From the NCBI GenBank assembly GCA_048938105.1, contig JBHLMN010000018.1, positions 72,960 to 136,959 of the forward strand: DNA of 64,000 nucleotides. The letters run 5' to 3'. Each line of letters opens with the position of its first letter. Within the stretch, counting starts at the first letter, position 1. Source of the DNA: Promethearchaeota archaeon. GTDB taxonomy: Archaea; Asgardarchaeota; Heimdallarchaeia; Hodarchaeales; Hodarchaeaceae. A model generated the notes under the pieces. That model saw only the letters and a program-made list of their open reading frames with translations, was not told where the DNA came from and did no database searches. Below, piece after piece: positions 29,154 to 39,017 of this stretch. Position numbers and translations under genes: made by a program.

Positions 29154-31001
29154 TCAATTCTTTTTCCTCTTCTGTTTGTAGATCAACACTGGTACTACTA
29201 TTAGCAGTGTGGTTAGGAATGAAAATCCTGGAATTGTGGGCGCTGATTCAGAAGTTGTTGTAGAGGTTTCAGAGCTAGTTGAGGAAGTTGTACTGGATGT
29301 TTGTACCTCAAATTCCACATCTGGTTGCCAAAACAGCACGCTCGATCGATATCTTATGTTATTATCAGGTGACCAGTCCATTCTAAGTAGTATTTCAGTA
29401 GTTACAGTCTTGCTTGCGGTGAAAGTACAGGAAAATGTGATTATTTCATTTGAACTGATTTTAGATGCCTGATCTGGTATAATGCAAACTGTGAAATTCC
29501 GTCTATTCTCTTCATAATAAACGTCATATTCGAAAGTTTCCTCATAGTCTACATTAACAGTCTCTCCATTTATTTTGAAATCAGATGCATCAATATTTTG
29601 AGCCTCATAAGCAAGTCGGAAGCTCGGACTTGGGTGATTTCGAAGAACTGTACCTAGACCGAACGCAGCAATTTCATTATTCACCATATAGAGAGCATGT
29701 GTTTCACTACCAAGTTGGAAGAGTTTAGATTTCCCATCAATAAAAAAGGTTAGATTATACCATGGAGATTGAGGTTGATCAAGGATTGAATGAACGTGAA
29801 CACCGTTAATGATGGCGTCTAGTGGACGGTTTGCACTAGCCTCATGACTAACATCAAATGTATCCTCCTTATCACCATCACCATTGATATCGTAGTCCGT
29901 AATGCTCTCGTCAAGAGTTCCTTTACCGTTGTCTAATGAAAATTCGTAATAGAGATTTTCCCAGATGACTGGAACTTTTGCAACCGTTGTTGCTGGAGCA
30001 CCAATGTTTTTTATAGTTGAAGTTAATTGTTTCTTATCTGTGTCAAGTGATGTAATATCAGAATCAACAGGGATGAAATAAGGCCGATTGATCGCCTCCA
30101 AGGATACGTCTGGTTGGTGAAAAGGAATCCAGCGGTATCTATTATTATTATTTGGTGACCAGTTTGTCAAGAGAAATACATCACAAGTTTTGGTGTCATG
30201 TGCAATTATCGTACAAGAAAACTCGATCTGTTCATCTGTTTCGATTGCTGCTTGGTTAGGAATGATAAGACCTGTATAAACACGTAGAATCCCATCTACT
30301 CCCACCTCTACAAGAATGCTAGTGTAGTCTACTTCAACTTCTTCTCCATTAATTTCTATGTCCATAACGCTTACATTAGAGACCACCAAAAATTCAAAGT
30401 TAGGACTGGGATGATTTAAAACAAAAGCATCGAATCCAAAATATGCATCGTCATTGCAAGCATAATAGAGAGAATGAGTCTTACTACCAATTTGGAATAA
30501 CTTTGTCTCGCCATCAATAGAATATGTTCTATTAAATCCACGATTTACAGAGTGATCACAGAACGCGTAAACGTAAACACCGTCAATTTCCGCATCCCAT
30601 GGACGGATAGTATTATTCCACTCGACAGAAAATGTATCATCTTTGTCACCATCACCGTTAATGTCATAATCCGCGATACCTTCATCTAAAGACCCCATAC
30701 CGTTATCAAGTGATAATCCATATGCATGTTTTTCCCATGGGATTGGAACTGTGCCTGTTGTTGCAGGATCACCAGTGTTTTGGACTGTTGCAGTGAATCT
30801 GTAAATCCCTTGTTGGTCTTCTCTTAAGGATGAATCTATTAAACTGAAATCTACTTGGTGTAGTGACTTTAATTTCCCTGGATATGGATTGACACTCCCA
30901 ACGCTCAAGAAAAACAATATTAATCCTAAAAGGACAAGTATAGCTCGTTTCATAATTATATCCTCAAGAATAGAAAACTTACATTTTGCAAAAATTATCA
31001 T
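29154..31001 (-). CDS. Anchored surface protein with two internal repeats, each carrying an EF-hand-like DYDINGDGDKxDTF loop; PGF-type C-terminal anchor
   Basis: Signal peptide (likely start MKRAIL); duplicated 'SLDNGxGxLDExIxDYDINGDGDK...FQxGSxTHxLY...NHPSP...WSPxNNxRYR'; TIPGF-TM-KQKRKK. Confidence 0.8.
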   Translation of the reverse strand: MIIFAKCKFSILEDIIMKRAILVLLGLILFFLSVGSVNPYPGKLKSLHQVDFSLIDSSLREDQQGIYRFTATVQNTGDPATTGTVPIPWEKHAYGLSLDNGMGSLDEGIADYDINGDGDKDDTFSVEWNNTIRPWDAEIDGVYVYAFCDHSVNRGFNRTYSIDGETKLFQIGSKTHSLYYACNDDAYFGFDAFVLNHPSPNFEFLVVSNVSVMDIEINGEEVEVDYTSILVEVGVDGILRVYTGLIIPNQAAIETDEQIEFSCTIIAHDTKTCDVFLLTNWSPNNNNRYRWIPFHQPDVSLEAINRPYFIPVDSDITSLDTDKKQLTSTIKNIGAPATTVAKVPVIWENLYYEFSLDNGKGTLDESITDYDINGDGDKEDTFDVSHEASANRPLDAIINGVHVHSILDQPQSPWYNLTFFIDGKSKLFQLGSETHALYMVNNEIAAFGLGTVLRNHPSPSFRLAYEAQNIDASDFKINGETVNVDYEETFEYDVYYEENRRNFTVCIIPDQASKISSNEIITFSCTFTASKTVTTEILLRMDWSPDNNIRYRSSVLFWQPDVEFEVQTSSTTSSTSSETSTTTSESAPTIPGFSFLTTLLIVVPVLIYKQKRKKN

Positions 31002-31025
31002 GTTATATAAACTTTTCGTAAAAAA

Positions 31026-31330
31026 TTATAATTCTCTAAAGATATCAATTTCATCCTTATGCCTTCTTTGCATTTTCAATCAGAAATCTGTTCGCAAGCT
31101 CAGTGAGTAATTCAATTGGAAGCTTCTCTGTATTCATAATTATCTGGAAATCTTTGAGAACTTCCTCTTTATCTCGAGTTAGCTGAAAATCCTCCAGAGC
31201 TGATCCAAAATATATTCCTTTTTACACCAAACACCATTGAGAGTAAATTTTTCATAATAAAAAGTGGTGTTATGCCTGGTTTAATTACTTGAGAAAATCT
31301 TACTTCTATATTTGGCAATTTAGGTTATCT
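31026..31330 (-). pseudogene. Possible 3' gene fragment with frameshift
   Basis: Start-less open frame 'GIYFGSALEDFQLTRDKEEVLKDFQII...EIDIFREL*', continuous with an upstream frame only via a shift in an A run. Confidence 0.3.
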
Positions 31331-31363
31331 ATGTTTTCTTATCTGTGTTTATAGGGAACTTTA

Positions 31364-32137
31364 CTAAAAGTTTTTTTTGTATGAGTGATTAGAGTAGAGA
31401 ATTATTCCAATGAAGAATAATGATATTGATAATAAGGAGGTGAGTATTATTTGACCTATATTTAATGGATTATATCCAGCAAGATTTTCATCTATGAGAA
31501 GGTAGACAATTGAGGCCGTTGCTGAAGACACAGGATGAACTTGAGCGAATAATTGAATGAAGTTTGGAAGGTCTGAAAAAGGAATAGCCATCCCACCAAG
31601 AAAAAATATAACCAGCGTCAAAGCAACTCCCATATGGGTTGCCACAGATTCATTCTTAACGAAAGAGGCAATAATTAAACCAGTACCTACTCCAGCCAGC
31701 CCTATAAGTAGTAGAAATCCTAAACTCATCATTAATTCGGTTATTTCGAACTCGAATTTAGCTCCGTAAATTAAGCCACATATTACTATAAAAACCATAG
31801 ATATAAATGAGAAAATCCATACAGCCAATATTCTCCCAGAACATTCTTTCCATAATACGACTGGCATTGACAAAATTTTACTATATAATCCCCTTTCTCT
31901 ATCAGCTGCTATAAAACCAGCCAGATTTGCTTGAGTGGCACTCAGTATCAATAAAGTAATCATTGTAACAGTTACAAACCCTTTTAATTGAGGCATAAAT
32001 AAGTCAGGAATATCAATTATTGTAATAGGTATCAATAATAAGAAAAATAATGGTACACCTAAAGTAGAGACTATTATCATCCGATTTCTTGTATATTCTT
32101 TAAGAGTTCTATTCATGCTTACTAATATTGAGTTCAT
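31364..32137 (-). CDS. ABC-2 type exporter permease
   Basis: Six TMs; 'ADRERGLYSKILSMPV', 'FFLGGMAIPFSDLP...FAQVHPVS'. Confidence 0.9.
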   Translation of the reverse strand: MNSILVSMNRTLKEYTRNRMIIVSTLGVPLFFLLLIPITIIDIPDLFMPQLKGFVTVTMITLLILSATQANLAGFIAADRERGLYSKILSMPVVLWKECSGRILAVWIFSFISMVFIVICGLIYGAKFEFEITELMMSLGFLLLIGLAGVGTGLIIASFVKNESVATHMGVALTLVIFFLGGMAIPFSDLPNFIQLFAQVHPVSSATASIVYLLIDENLAGYNPLNIGQIILTSLLSISLFFIGIILYSNHSYKKNF

Positions 32138-32144
32138 CTTGGTA

Positions 32145-33077
32145 TCACCTCAGTTTCTTTTCTGTGAGCTTGAAAAATACGTCTTCTAAAGAAGGAACTG
32201 TTGTCTCAATACGCGTAGTCTTACACCCAATATGCCCCAGATTTCTAATCATAACCTCTATGATTTCTTCGGGTTCTTTACAATAAAACTTGTACCCTTT
32301 ATTTGTTTCTACTAACTTACCGTTATTAATAGTGTTTTCAAGGGTCTTATAAACTAATTCATTCTTTGTTGATGTTTCTAGGCTTATGATATGGAATAAT
32401 CCAGTTTTCTTTCGTAAAATCTCTGGCTTTTCTTCGATTATCAATAGACCTTTATCGATAAGTCCTGCTTTGGATGCTATTTCTGCATCTTCTCCTATAT
32501 GGGTGACAAAAAAAACGGTTACTCCTTCGTTTCTAATCTCTTGTATTTTTAATAGAAATTTCTTTCGAGTAGAAGGATCGAGGCCTGTTGTTGGTTCATC
32601 TAAGATCAAAAGTCTGACCCCAGGTAGGAGGGCAGTTGCTACTTCTAGTTTTTTTCTCATGCCGCCGCTATATTGAGAAACTCTCTTATTAGCGTCTCTA
32701 GTCAAATCCATTCTCTGTAATAATTCTTTACTTATCTTCTGAGCTTCTTGTTTAGACACTCCCTGAAGTCTAATAAAATAGAGTAAATTCTCTTCCCCAG
32801 TCATCAGTGGACTGGAGAATTTTTCTTGCGGAACATAACCGATGACTTCTTTGACTTTTTTTGTATCCTTAAGGCTATCTAATCCAAAAACTTCCACAAC
32901 ACCGCTTGTAGCTTCATTGGTGCAAGCAATAATAGATGTCAATGTCGTTTTTCCAGACCCATTTGGTCCCATGAGGGCATACATTTCCCCTTGATCAACA
33001 TTTAATGATACTCCTTTCAGAACTTCTGTATCACCGTAACTTTTATGTAAATCACATATTCTTAATGCTTTCATCAT
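32145..33077 (-). CDS. ABC exporter ATP-binding protein (DrrA-like)
   Basis: GPNGSGKTT, YSGGM, LILDEPTTGLDP, VTH, PSLEDVF. Confidence 0.95.
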   Translation of the reverse strand: MMKALRICDLHKSYGDTEVLKGVSLNVDQGEMYALMGPNGSGKTTLTSIIACTNEATSGVVEVFGLDSLKDTKKVKEVIGYVPQEKFSSPLMTGEENLLYFIRLQGVSKQEAQKISKELLQRMDLTRDANKRVSQYSGGMRKKLEVATALLPGVRLLILDEPTTGLDPSTRKKFLLKIQEIRNEGVTVFFVTHIGEDAEIASKAGLIDKGLLIIEEKPEILRKKTGLFHIISLETSTKNELVYKTLENTINNGKLVETNKGYKFYCKEPEEIIEVMIRNLGHIGCKTTRIETTVPSLEDVFFKLTEKKLR

Positions 33078-33136
33078 TTTTACATTTCCTATAATTCTGG
33101 ATAGAAAAATGAAGCAATTAATATAAAATAGTAGTA

Positions 33137-33173
33137 ATTTCTGCGTTACAGAAATAAGTTCTGTGATACAGAA
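33137..33173. promoter_or_regulatory. Two tandem palindromic operators TTCTG-N5-CAGAA between divergent ABC and regulator operons
   Basis: ATTTCTGcgttaCAGAAAT (33137-33155) and TTCTGTgatACAGAA (33159-33173), 20 bp apart. Confidence 0.7.
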
Positions 33174-33212
33174 AAAGCTAAACGCTTAAATGATAAAGAA
33201 AGAACTATTGAA

Positions 33213-33866
33213 TTGTGGTTATTCATGGAAGAGATTCAAAAGGTTAATGAGGCACTTCTCATCATTGAAAGGTATTCAAATTATCTAGCACGGAAAGCAT
33301 GGGGTAAAACACTGATTATATGGGGAATTGTGACACCAATAGGATTAGTATTATATTTCAATCGTCAAGCATTATCTGTTCTTCTTGAAATTAGTGTCGA
33401 TTCATTTACACTATTAACTTCAGCTTTACTAATCCTGATTGCAATAGGATTTACTATTTATAACTTCATTTCAGCATCAAGAATACTAAAAACTAGAGAA
33501 GGTCAGACTGCTGAATCCCCAAAAGAAAGTAGTCTACACGGAATATTAATTGCATTTATATGGTTCCTATCATTCCTTCTTGCTAGTTTTATCCCAGAAC
33601 CGTTATCAGTGATCTCAATAGTCTGGGCTGCTGGATTTGCTATCCTCATTTCATTTTTAATTCTAAAGAAATATCATGATACCTTCCCCGAGCTTATTAT
33701 AGTGGGAGTATTATTATTAATTTCTTCAATACCCTTAGCAGCACTGGTACTGACTGACGTTGAGCTAGCAAGAATAGCAACCGTGATCATATACTCCGTT
33801 AGTTTTCTAATCGGTGGTTTTTATTCGTTTACAATTGCAACGGACATCCTTAGTGGGAATGAATAA
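33213..33866 (+). CDS. Six-TM membrane protein coupled to the wHTH regulator
   Basis: Hydrophobic segments; TAATG stop/start overlap with the next gene. Confidence 0.75.
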   Translation: MWLFMEEIQKVNEALLIIERYSNYLARKAWGKTLIIWGIVTPIGLVLYFNRQALSVLLEISVDSFTLLTSALLILIAIGFTIYNFISASRILKTREGQTAESPKESSLHGILIAFIWFLSFLLASFIPEPLSVISIVWAAGFAILISFLILKKYHDTFPELIIVGVLLLISSIPLAALVLTDVELARIATVIIYSVSFLIGGFYSFTIATDILSGNE

Positions 33867-34198
33867 TGACTGATGACAAGGGGATGGCAAGTAAAGTCAT
33901 CCAGTCTTCGCAGATCATTCTTAAGAAAGAGGTCTTTTCTGATCAACCTCGTTTCACAATTATGTTTTTAATATACCTTAACAAGACAGTTGGATTTACT
34001 GAACTCCAACGGCTGTTAAAGCTCACCCCTGGTAATTTAGATCATCATATCAAAAAGCTAGCAAGAGTAGGTTATGTCATCATGCGAAAGAAATTTTCAT
34101 GGCGGCCACTAAATGTTGTCACGATAACTCCTAAAGGGGCGGAAGCTTTCAGGGAATATACTTCCAATCTGAAGCAGATGCTGAAAAAAATAGAGTGA
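33866..34198 (+). CDS. Winged-HTH transcriptional regulator (ArsR/MarR-like, HTH_34 type)
   Basis: PRFTIM..L....VGFTELQRLLKLTPGNLDHHIKKL...GYV...ITPKGAEAF..Y. Confidence 0.9.
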   Translation: MTDDKGMASKVIQSSQIILKKEVFSDQPRFTIMFLIYLNKTVGFTELQRLLKLTPGNLDHHIKKLARVGYVIMRKKFSWRPLNVVTITPKGAEAFREYTSNLKQMLKKIE

Positions 34199-37100
34199 AC
34201 TGAAATACAAGGGGTTTATTGGAAAAAGACAAAATACCTTACCAAAAATTATCCATCTTCCTCTCTTTTCTTCTGTTTAGAGAATGTTTGAATAGATTAA
34301 ATTTGTGAATAACTCGTTCGCTTTTTCTTTTGTTCAGAAAGTAGGTTTAATAAGAATTATCTCAATAGGAATTCTAATGAATAAATGAATTTCTTTGATT
34401 TTCAATCTTTGCTTGTAATTACACGAATAGCTTCAATATAAAGGTTTAAATATTGTAAGTAGTCTACCAAAAAAATATTGCCATAGATGACCGAATTGCG
34501 ATGGTGGAAGATTTGAAAAAGATAAAATTGACTAATCTAAGTTTTTTAATCTGTATATTCATGTTTACCACAGTAGGTATTCTATTTCTCCAATTAAACA
34601 GCAATCTGACGTTCTTAGGGAACAAAGCTAAGGCCTCAGTGCTGAGAGTTCAAGACACACCAATAAGTCTTGATGGAAATACTGCATTTAAAGGTATTTT
34701 CCCAGGATCGGGTACCTCTACTGATCCTTACCGCATAGAAAACAGAGACTTTGAGGATCTTACGCATACTCAGGTTGTAATCAGTATATCAAATTCAGAT
34801 GTCTATTTTGTCATAAATAACTCAGTAATTCATGGAGGATACACAGGGATTTTGCTTCATAATGTTACAAATGGAGTCATTTTTAATAACACGATTTATA
34901 ATAATAGTGACCAAGGAATAGATATCGAAGAGAATTCAGAATTTTGTACCTTAGAAAAGAATCGCATTTATAACAATACACATCATGGCTGTAGAATTCT
35001 AGATTCCTCAAATATTGCTCTGATCAATAATACCATCTATGAAAACGAAGACCATGGTGTGTATATCACTCGATCAGTCAATGTGACTAGTACGTACAAT
35101 AATATCACTGCAAATGTTGAGAATGGTTTTGAAATTACCGCCACAAACCAAAGCAAAATCTGGTATAATGAGATTATTAACAATGGAGACGATGGGATTT
35201 TCCTTGAATCTTTCAATGACAGTGAAATTGTCAACAATTCGATTATCAATAATGGAGAATTAATATCCCTCCCTAGTGATTTTGATAACGGAATTTCTTT
35301 AAGTCAATCATATAACTGTATAATTGAAAACAACTCCATCATTAAAAGTGGTGGTCCTGGAATTCAGATTAGCTACTCGGATAACATTGTTGTAACTTAT
35401 AATAAAATCAATGATAGTGATGTAAGAGCTATTTGGGGAGATTGGTCTAACAATTCAGTTATTTCTTCTAATAATTTGTTTAATAACACTTATGATGGAA
35501 TAGCTTTTTCTGGGGACAATAACATATTCTCTTATAATATTGTAGATGAAAATAATGGTTCAGCGTTGACAGTCACAGGAGATAACTGTACTTCTAAAGA
35601 AAACATCATTAGAAATAGTGTTGATGGCAATTTTGGGATTTATCTTGTAGGAAATAACAATACAATAATAAATAATAAGATCTATAATAATACATATTCT
35701 GGTATAGTTCTAAACGAAGCTACAAACACAAAAGTAATATCTAATGAGGCTTATAATAACTCTGGTGCGGGCCTTACTTATATAGGCCAGGGGTTGTATA
35801 CTCCCTATGATGGTACTCTTCAGAACAATACAATTCAAGGAAATTCTTTCTATGACAGTTATTATTCGGGAATGATAGTATGGGCATCTGTAAACAGTAC
35901 CTTCACAGAAAATACTATCTATAATAACAGTGAGTACGGTATTGTTGTTGATCCATATATAGGTATTCCTTTATCAGGTCCTTCAGTGTTGAACACTATT
36001 TCTAATAACATCATTTACAATAATACTGATTATGGTCTTTATTTCAAAGCTTCTACAGAGAATAATATTGTTAAAAATAACGATTTTCTAGATAATTATC
36101 CAAGTGGCTCTCAAGTGTATGATAATGGAACGGGGAATATTTTTGATTACAATTATTACAATGATTGGACAACTCCAGATAGCGAACCACCTGAGGGTAT
36201 TGTGGATATACCCTATGATATTGATGGTGAAACAGATAATCAGGATTCCCATCCTCTTACAACTCCTAACCCATATCACGTATTGACAAATCCAACCGTT
36301 ATTTATCCCAATGGTGGAGAAACGGTTAATGGGGTGGTAACAGAATATGGTTTAATTGTTGATATCCATTGGACTCCTGTAGTGGATTCTTTAGGACATG
36401 ATGTGACCTATGCACTCTCCTATTCCCCAGATGGAGGAATAAAATGGATTGAAATTGAAAAAGACATAACAGGAGATGTATGGGGTTGGAATATTAACGA
36501 TTTAGCAGATGGATCAAATTACTTAGTGAAAGTGATTGCCAACTGTTCTGAGGGCTTGTGGATGGCTGACACCTCTGATACCACTTTTACAGTTAAATTA
36601 CATACTCTTTCAGAACCGACCGTCATATACCCCAATGGTGGGGAAACTGTTAGTGGTACCGTGACAGTTCAATGGACTGAAGCCACTGATTCTCTTGGCC
36701 ATGAAGTCAAGTACTGGCTCTATATCTCTGATGATAGCGGAACTACTTGGGATCTATATGCAGGAAATCAACCTAGTACAAGTTATGCCTGGGACACAAC
36801 CCTCCCTAAATACAGTGACGGCGCAAATTATCTGATCAAGGTTGTGGCAAACTGTTCAGAAGGATTAGAAACACAGGATATATCTGATACTACTTTTACT
36901 ATTCAGAACGACATTACTACTACAACGACAGAAGCCACCACTACTACAACTACTGAACCAACCTCTGAAACATCTGAGTCCACGGCTAAATCAGATGACT
37001 TAACACCCACACCAGGTTGGATTCACACTATTCTCTTTTTAGCAGTACTTGTAGCAGTTTTTACCCCAAGAAGAAGACGAAGGCCAAAATAAGCACATTT

Positions 37101-37255
37101 TCCTCCTTTTCTTACCTTTTTTTTTTTCATCATTTCACGAACGCGTACCTCTTTTAAGTCGAACTTCTTCATACATACAATCAAAAACCTCATCCAGTCT
37201 TCGCAGATCATTCTTAAGAAGGAGGTCTTTTCTGATCAACCTCGTTTCACAATTA
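33897..37255 (+). repeat. 66-bp direct repeat (33897-33962 and 37190-37255; 1 mismatch)
   Basis: tcatccagtcttcgcagatcattcttaagaa[a/g]gaggtcttttctgatcaacctcgtttcacaatta at both positions. Confidence 0.95.
34501..37092 (+). CDS. Surface protein with right-handed parallel beta-helix (NosD/CASH) repeats, two Ig-like domains and PGW-TM anchor
   Basis: 'GSGTSTDPYRIEN', many 'NNTIYNN..GI' repeats, 'PYDIDG...D.HPL', two 'PTVIYPNGGETV' domains, Thr-rich linker, TPGW-TM-RRRRR. Confidence 0.9.
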   Translation: MVEDLKKIKLTNLSFLICIFMFTTVGILFLQLNSNLTFLGNKAKASVLRVQDTPISLDGNTAFKGIFPGSGTSTDPYRIENRDFEDLTHTQVVISISNSDVYFVINNSVIHGGYTGILLHNVTNGVIFNNTIYNNSDQGIDIEENSEFCTLEKNRIYNNTHHGCRILDSSNIALINNTIYENEDHGVYITRSVNVTSTYNNITANVENGFEITATNQSKIWYNEIINNGDDGIFLESFNDSEIVNNSIINNGELISLPSDFDNGISLSQSYNCIIENNSIIKSGGPGIQISYSDNIVVTYNKINDSDVRAIWGDWSNNSVISSNNLFNNTYDGIAFSGDNNIFSYNIVDENNGSALTVTGDNCTSKENIIRNSVDGNFGIYLVGNNNTIINNKIYNNTYSGIVLNEATNTKVISNEAYNNSGAGLTYIGQGLYTPYDGTLQNNTIQGNSFYDSYYSGMIVWASVNSTFTENTIYNNSEYGIVVDPYIGIPLSGPSVLNTISNNIIYNNTDYGLYFKASTENNIVKNNDFLDNYPSGSQVYDNGTGNIFDYNYYNDWTTPDSEPPEGIVDIPYDIDGETDNQDSHPLTTPNPYHVLTNPTVIYPNGGETVNGVVTEYGLIVDIHWTPVVDSLGHDVTYALSYSPDGGIKWIEIEKDITGDVWGWNINDLADGSNYLVKVIANCSEGLWMADTSDTTFTVKLHTLSEPTVIYPNGGETVSGTVTVQWTEATDSLGHEVKYWLYISDDSGTTWDLYAGNQPSTSYAWDTTLPKYSDGANYLIKVVANCSEGLETQDISDTTFTIQNDITTTTTEATTTTTTEPTSETSESTAKSDDLTPTPGWIHTILFLAVLVAVFTPRRRRRPK

Positions 37256-37518
37256 ACAAAAATCAGTCCTTTTTATTTTCGAAATATAAAATTACTTGCA
37301 AACGGGAGGCACAATTTTCTAATTAGCTAAATAAGAAATATTGAGATTTCGAGTATATAAATAATCCTTCCCTATAATTTATATTATTTGGAGATAACAT
37401 ATTGTTGATTTTGATTATATAAATTATATCATTCATATCATTTTATTTGGAAACGAAAAATAGATTGATTTTGAATATTTAAGAATCTAATCCAGATACT
37501 TGATGGAAGTGTTACTAT

Positions 37519-38967
37519 ATGACAATTTCATCAACGAAGACATTGGAGGGACAAATAGAAGCCTTTGGCAAGCTATCTGGATATCCAAGAGAATGGGTCG
37601 ATAGAACCAAAAACGTACCTACGGATCTATATTCAATAGATGGCGAGAACCTTAACGAATTACAACTGAAATGGGTCAGACGCGCGTTTGAGTACTTCCG
37701 ACCGCGAGTGAAAGCGTTAGAGAAACTAGCGGAAGAACAAAACATCAGTAGGATTGAGAGCTTGGATGACGTGGTACCAGTGTTGTTCCAACACACAGCA
37801 TATAAGTCGTATCCGTTGAGTCTGATTGAGAAAAAACGGTATGGATTGTTAACTAAATGGTTAGACAAGTTCACGACACATGACCTGTCAGGATGCTATA
37901 ACATCCAAGCGAAAAGCATAGATGACTGGTTAGACCAAGTGGAAGCAAAAACGGATTTATTGGTAGTACATTCATCGGGAACCTCGGGAAAACTGTCATT
38001 CCTACCCCGAAGTCAGAGTGAGATGACGAACTACGTTAATGGGTTCTTCATGATGTTAGAACTCCAGAATGGAATAAATTTCCATGAAACGAAGATGCCA
38101 TTCATAGCACCTGTCTTTCGAGGGGGTAGACAACTCGCTCAACGGGTCTGCTCATTAATAGGGCCAATCATAGCAGGTGGCGAAGACAACTTTGTCACGG
38201 CGTATGACTTCCCCATGAGTGCAGATTTCCTCTCATTAGCTGGGAGATTGAAAGCAGCGAAAGCAAAAGGGGAACTAGGCAAACTTCAGTTGATCAAAGC
38301 GATGACGTGGAACAAGGGTGAACTGATCCGCATGAAGAAAGCGCAACCGAAAGCAATGGAAAATTTCTTCCACCGAATAACTACAGAATATGGGGGGCGA
38401 CAGATCTTCTTGCTCGGGACATGGAATATGCTGGTAGAACCCGCACTGCAAGGGATCAAGAAAGGGATCAAGAACGTTTTTGCCCCAACCTCCGCAATAC
38501 TTACTGGCGGGGGGATGAAAGGCGCAGTCTACCCTGAAGGGTGGTATGAAAAGACCTGTGAGTTCTGGGGATTCAAACAGATACGTGATGCATATGGGAT
38601 GACAGAGACTACAGGTGGAGGTGCAGCATTGTGTGAATACAATGGGTACCATATTCCTCCATTTCATGTCCCATTTGTCCTGAATCCAGACACAGGAGAA
38701 GCATACCCCCGAGAAGGGATACGTACAGGGCGTTTCGCATTCTATGATCTCCTCACCGAGACATATTGGGGTGGATTCATCACTGGAGATAAAGTAACGA
38801 TCCATTGGGACACCTGTAAGTGTGGTTTGAAAGGACCCTGGCTAGAAAACAATATCATCCGTTATAGCGAGGAAAAAGGGGGTGATGATAAGATCAGCTG
38901 TGCTGGTGTCCATGAAGCGCACGACAATTTATTAGATTTCCTCCTTGAAGGCGATGAGGAGGTTTAG
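37519..38967 (+). CDS. luxE: LuxE-like acyl-protein synthetase (ANL superfamily)
   Basis: VPVLFQHTAYK, SSGTSGK, LTGGGMKG, YGMTE, FITGD, C-terminal 'KISCAG' Cys; adjacent to luxC. Confidence 0.7.
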   Translation: MTISSTKTLEGQIEAFGKLSGYPREWVDRTKNVPTDLYSIDGENLNELQLKWVRRAFEYFRPRVKALEKLAEEQNISRIESLDDVVPVLFQHTAYKSYPLSLIEKKRYGLLTKWLDKFTTHDLSGCYNIQAKSIDDWLDQVEAKTDLLVVHSSGTSGKLSFLPRSQSEMTNYVNGFFMMLELQNGINFHETKMPFIAPVFRGGRQLAQRVCSLIGPIIAGGEDNFVTAYDFPMSADFLSLAGRLKAAKAKGELGKLQLIKAMTWNKGELIRMKKAQPKAMENFFHRITTEYGGRQIFLLGTWNMLVEPALQGIKKGIKNVFAPTSAILTGGGMKGAVYPEGWYEKTCEFWGFKQIRDAYGMTETTGGGAALCEYNGYHIPPFHVPFVLNPDTGEAYPREGIRTGRFAFYDLLTETYWGGFITGDKVTIHWDTCKCGLKGPWLENNIIRYSEEKGGDDKISCAGVHEAHDNLLDFLLEGDEEV

Positions 38968-39017
38968 AGCTCATCCTTCTCACTTTTTTTCCATCTTGAA
39001 TTAATGGTGACTTATTA

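Noticed and set aside
38275-38805. 176-aa antisense ORF within luxE
   Set aside because: Shadow ORF of a GC-richer gene with no recognisable motifs; same reasoning applied to the other nested antisense ORFs in the track
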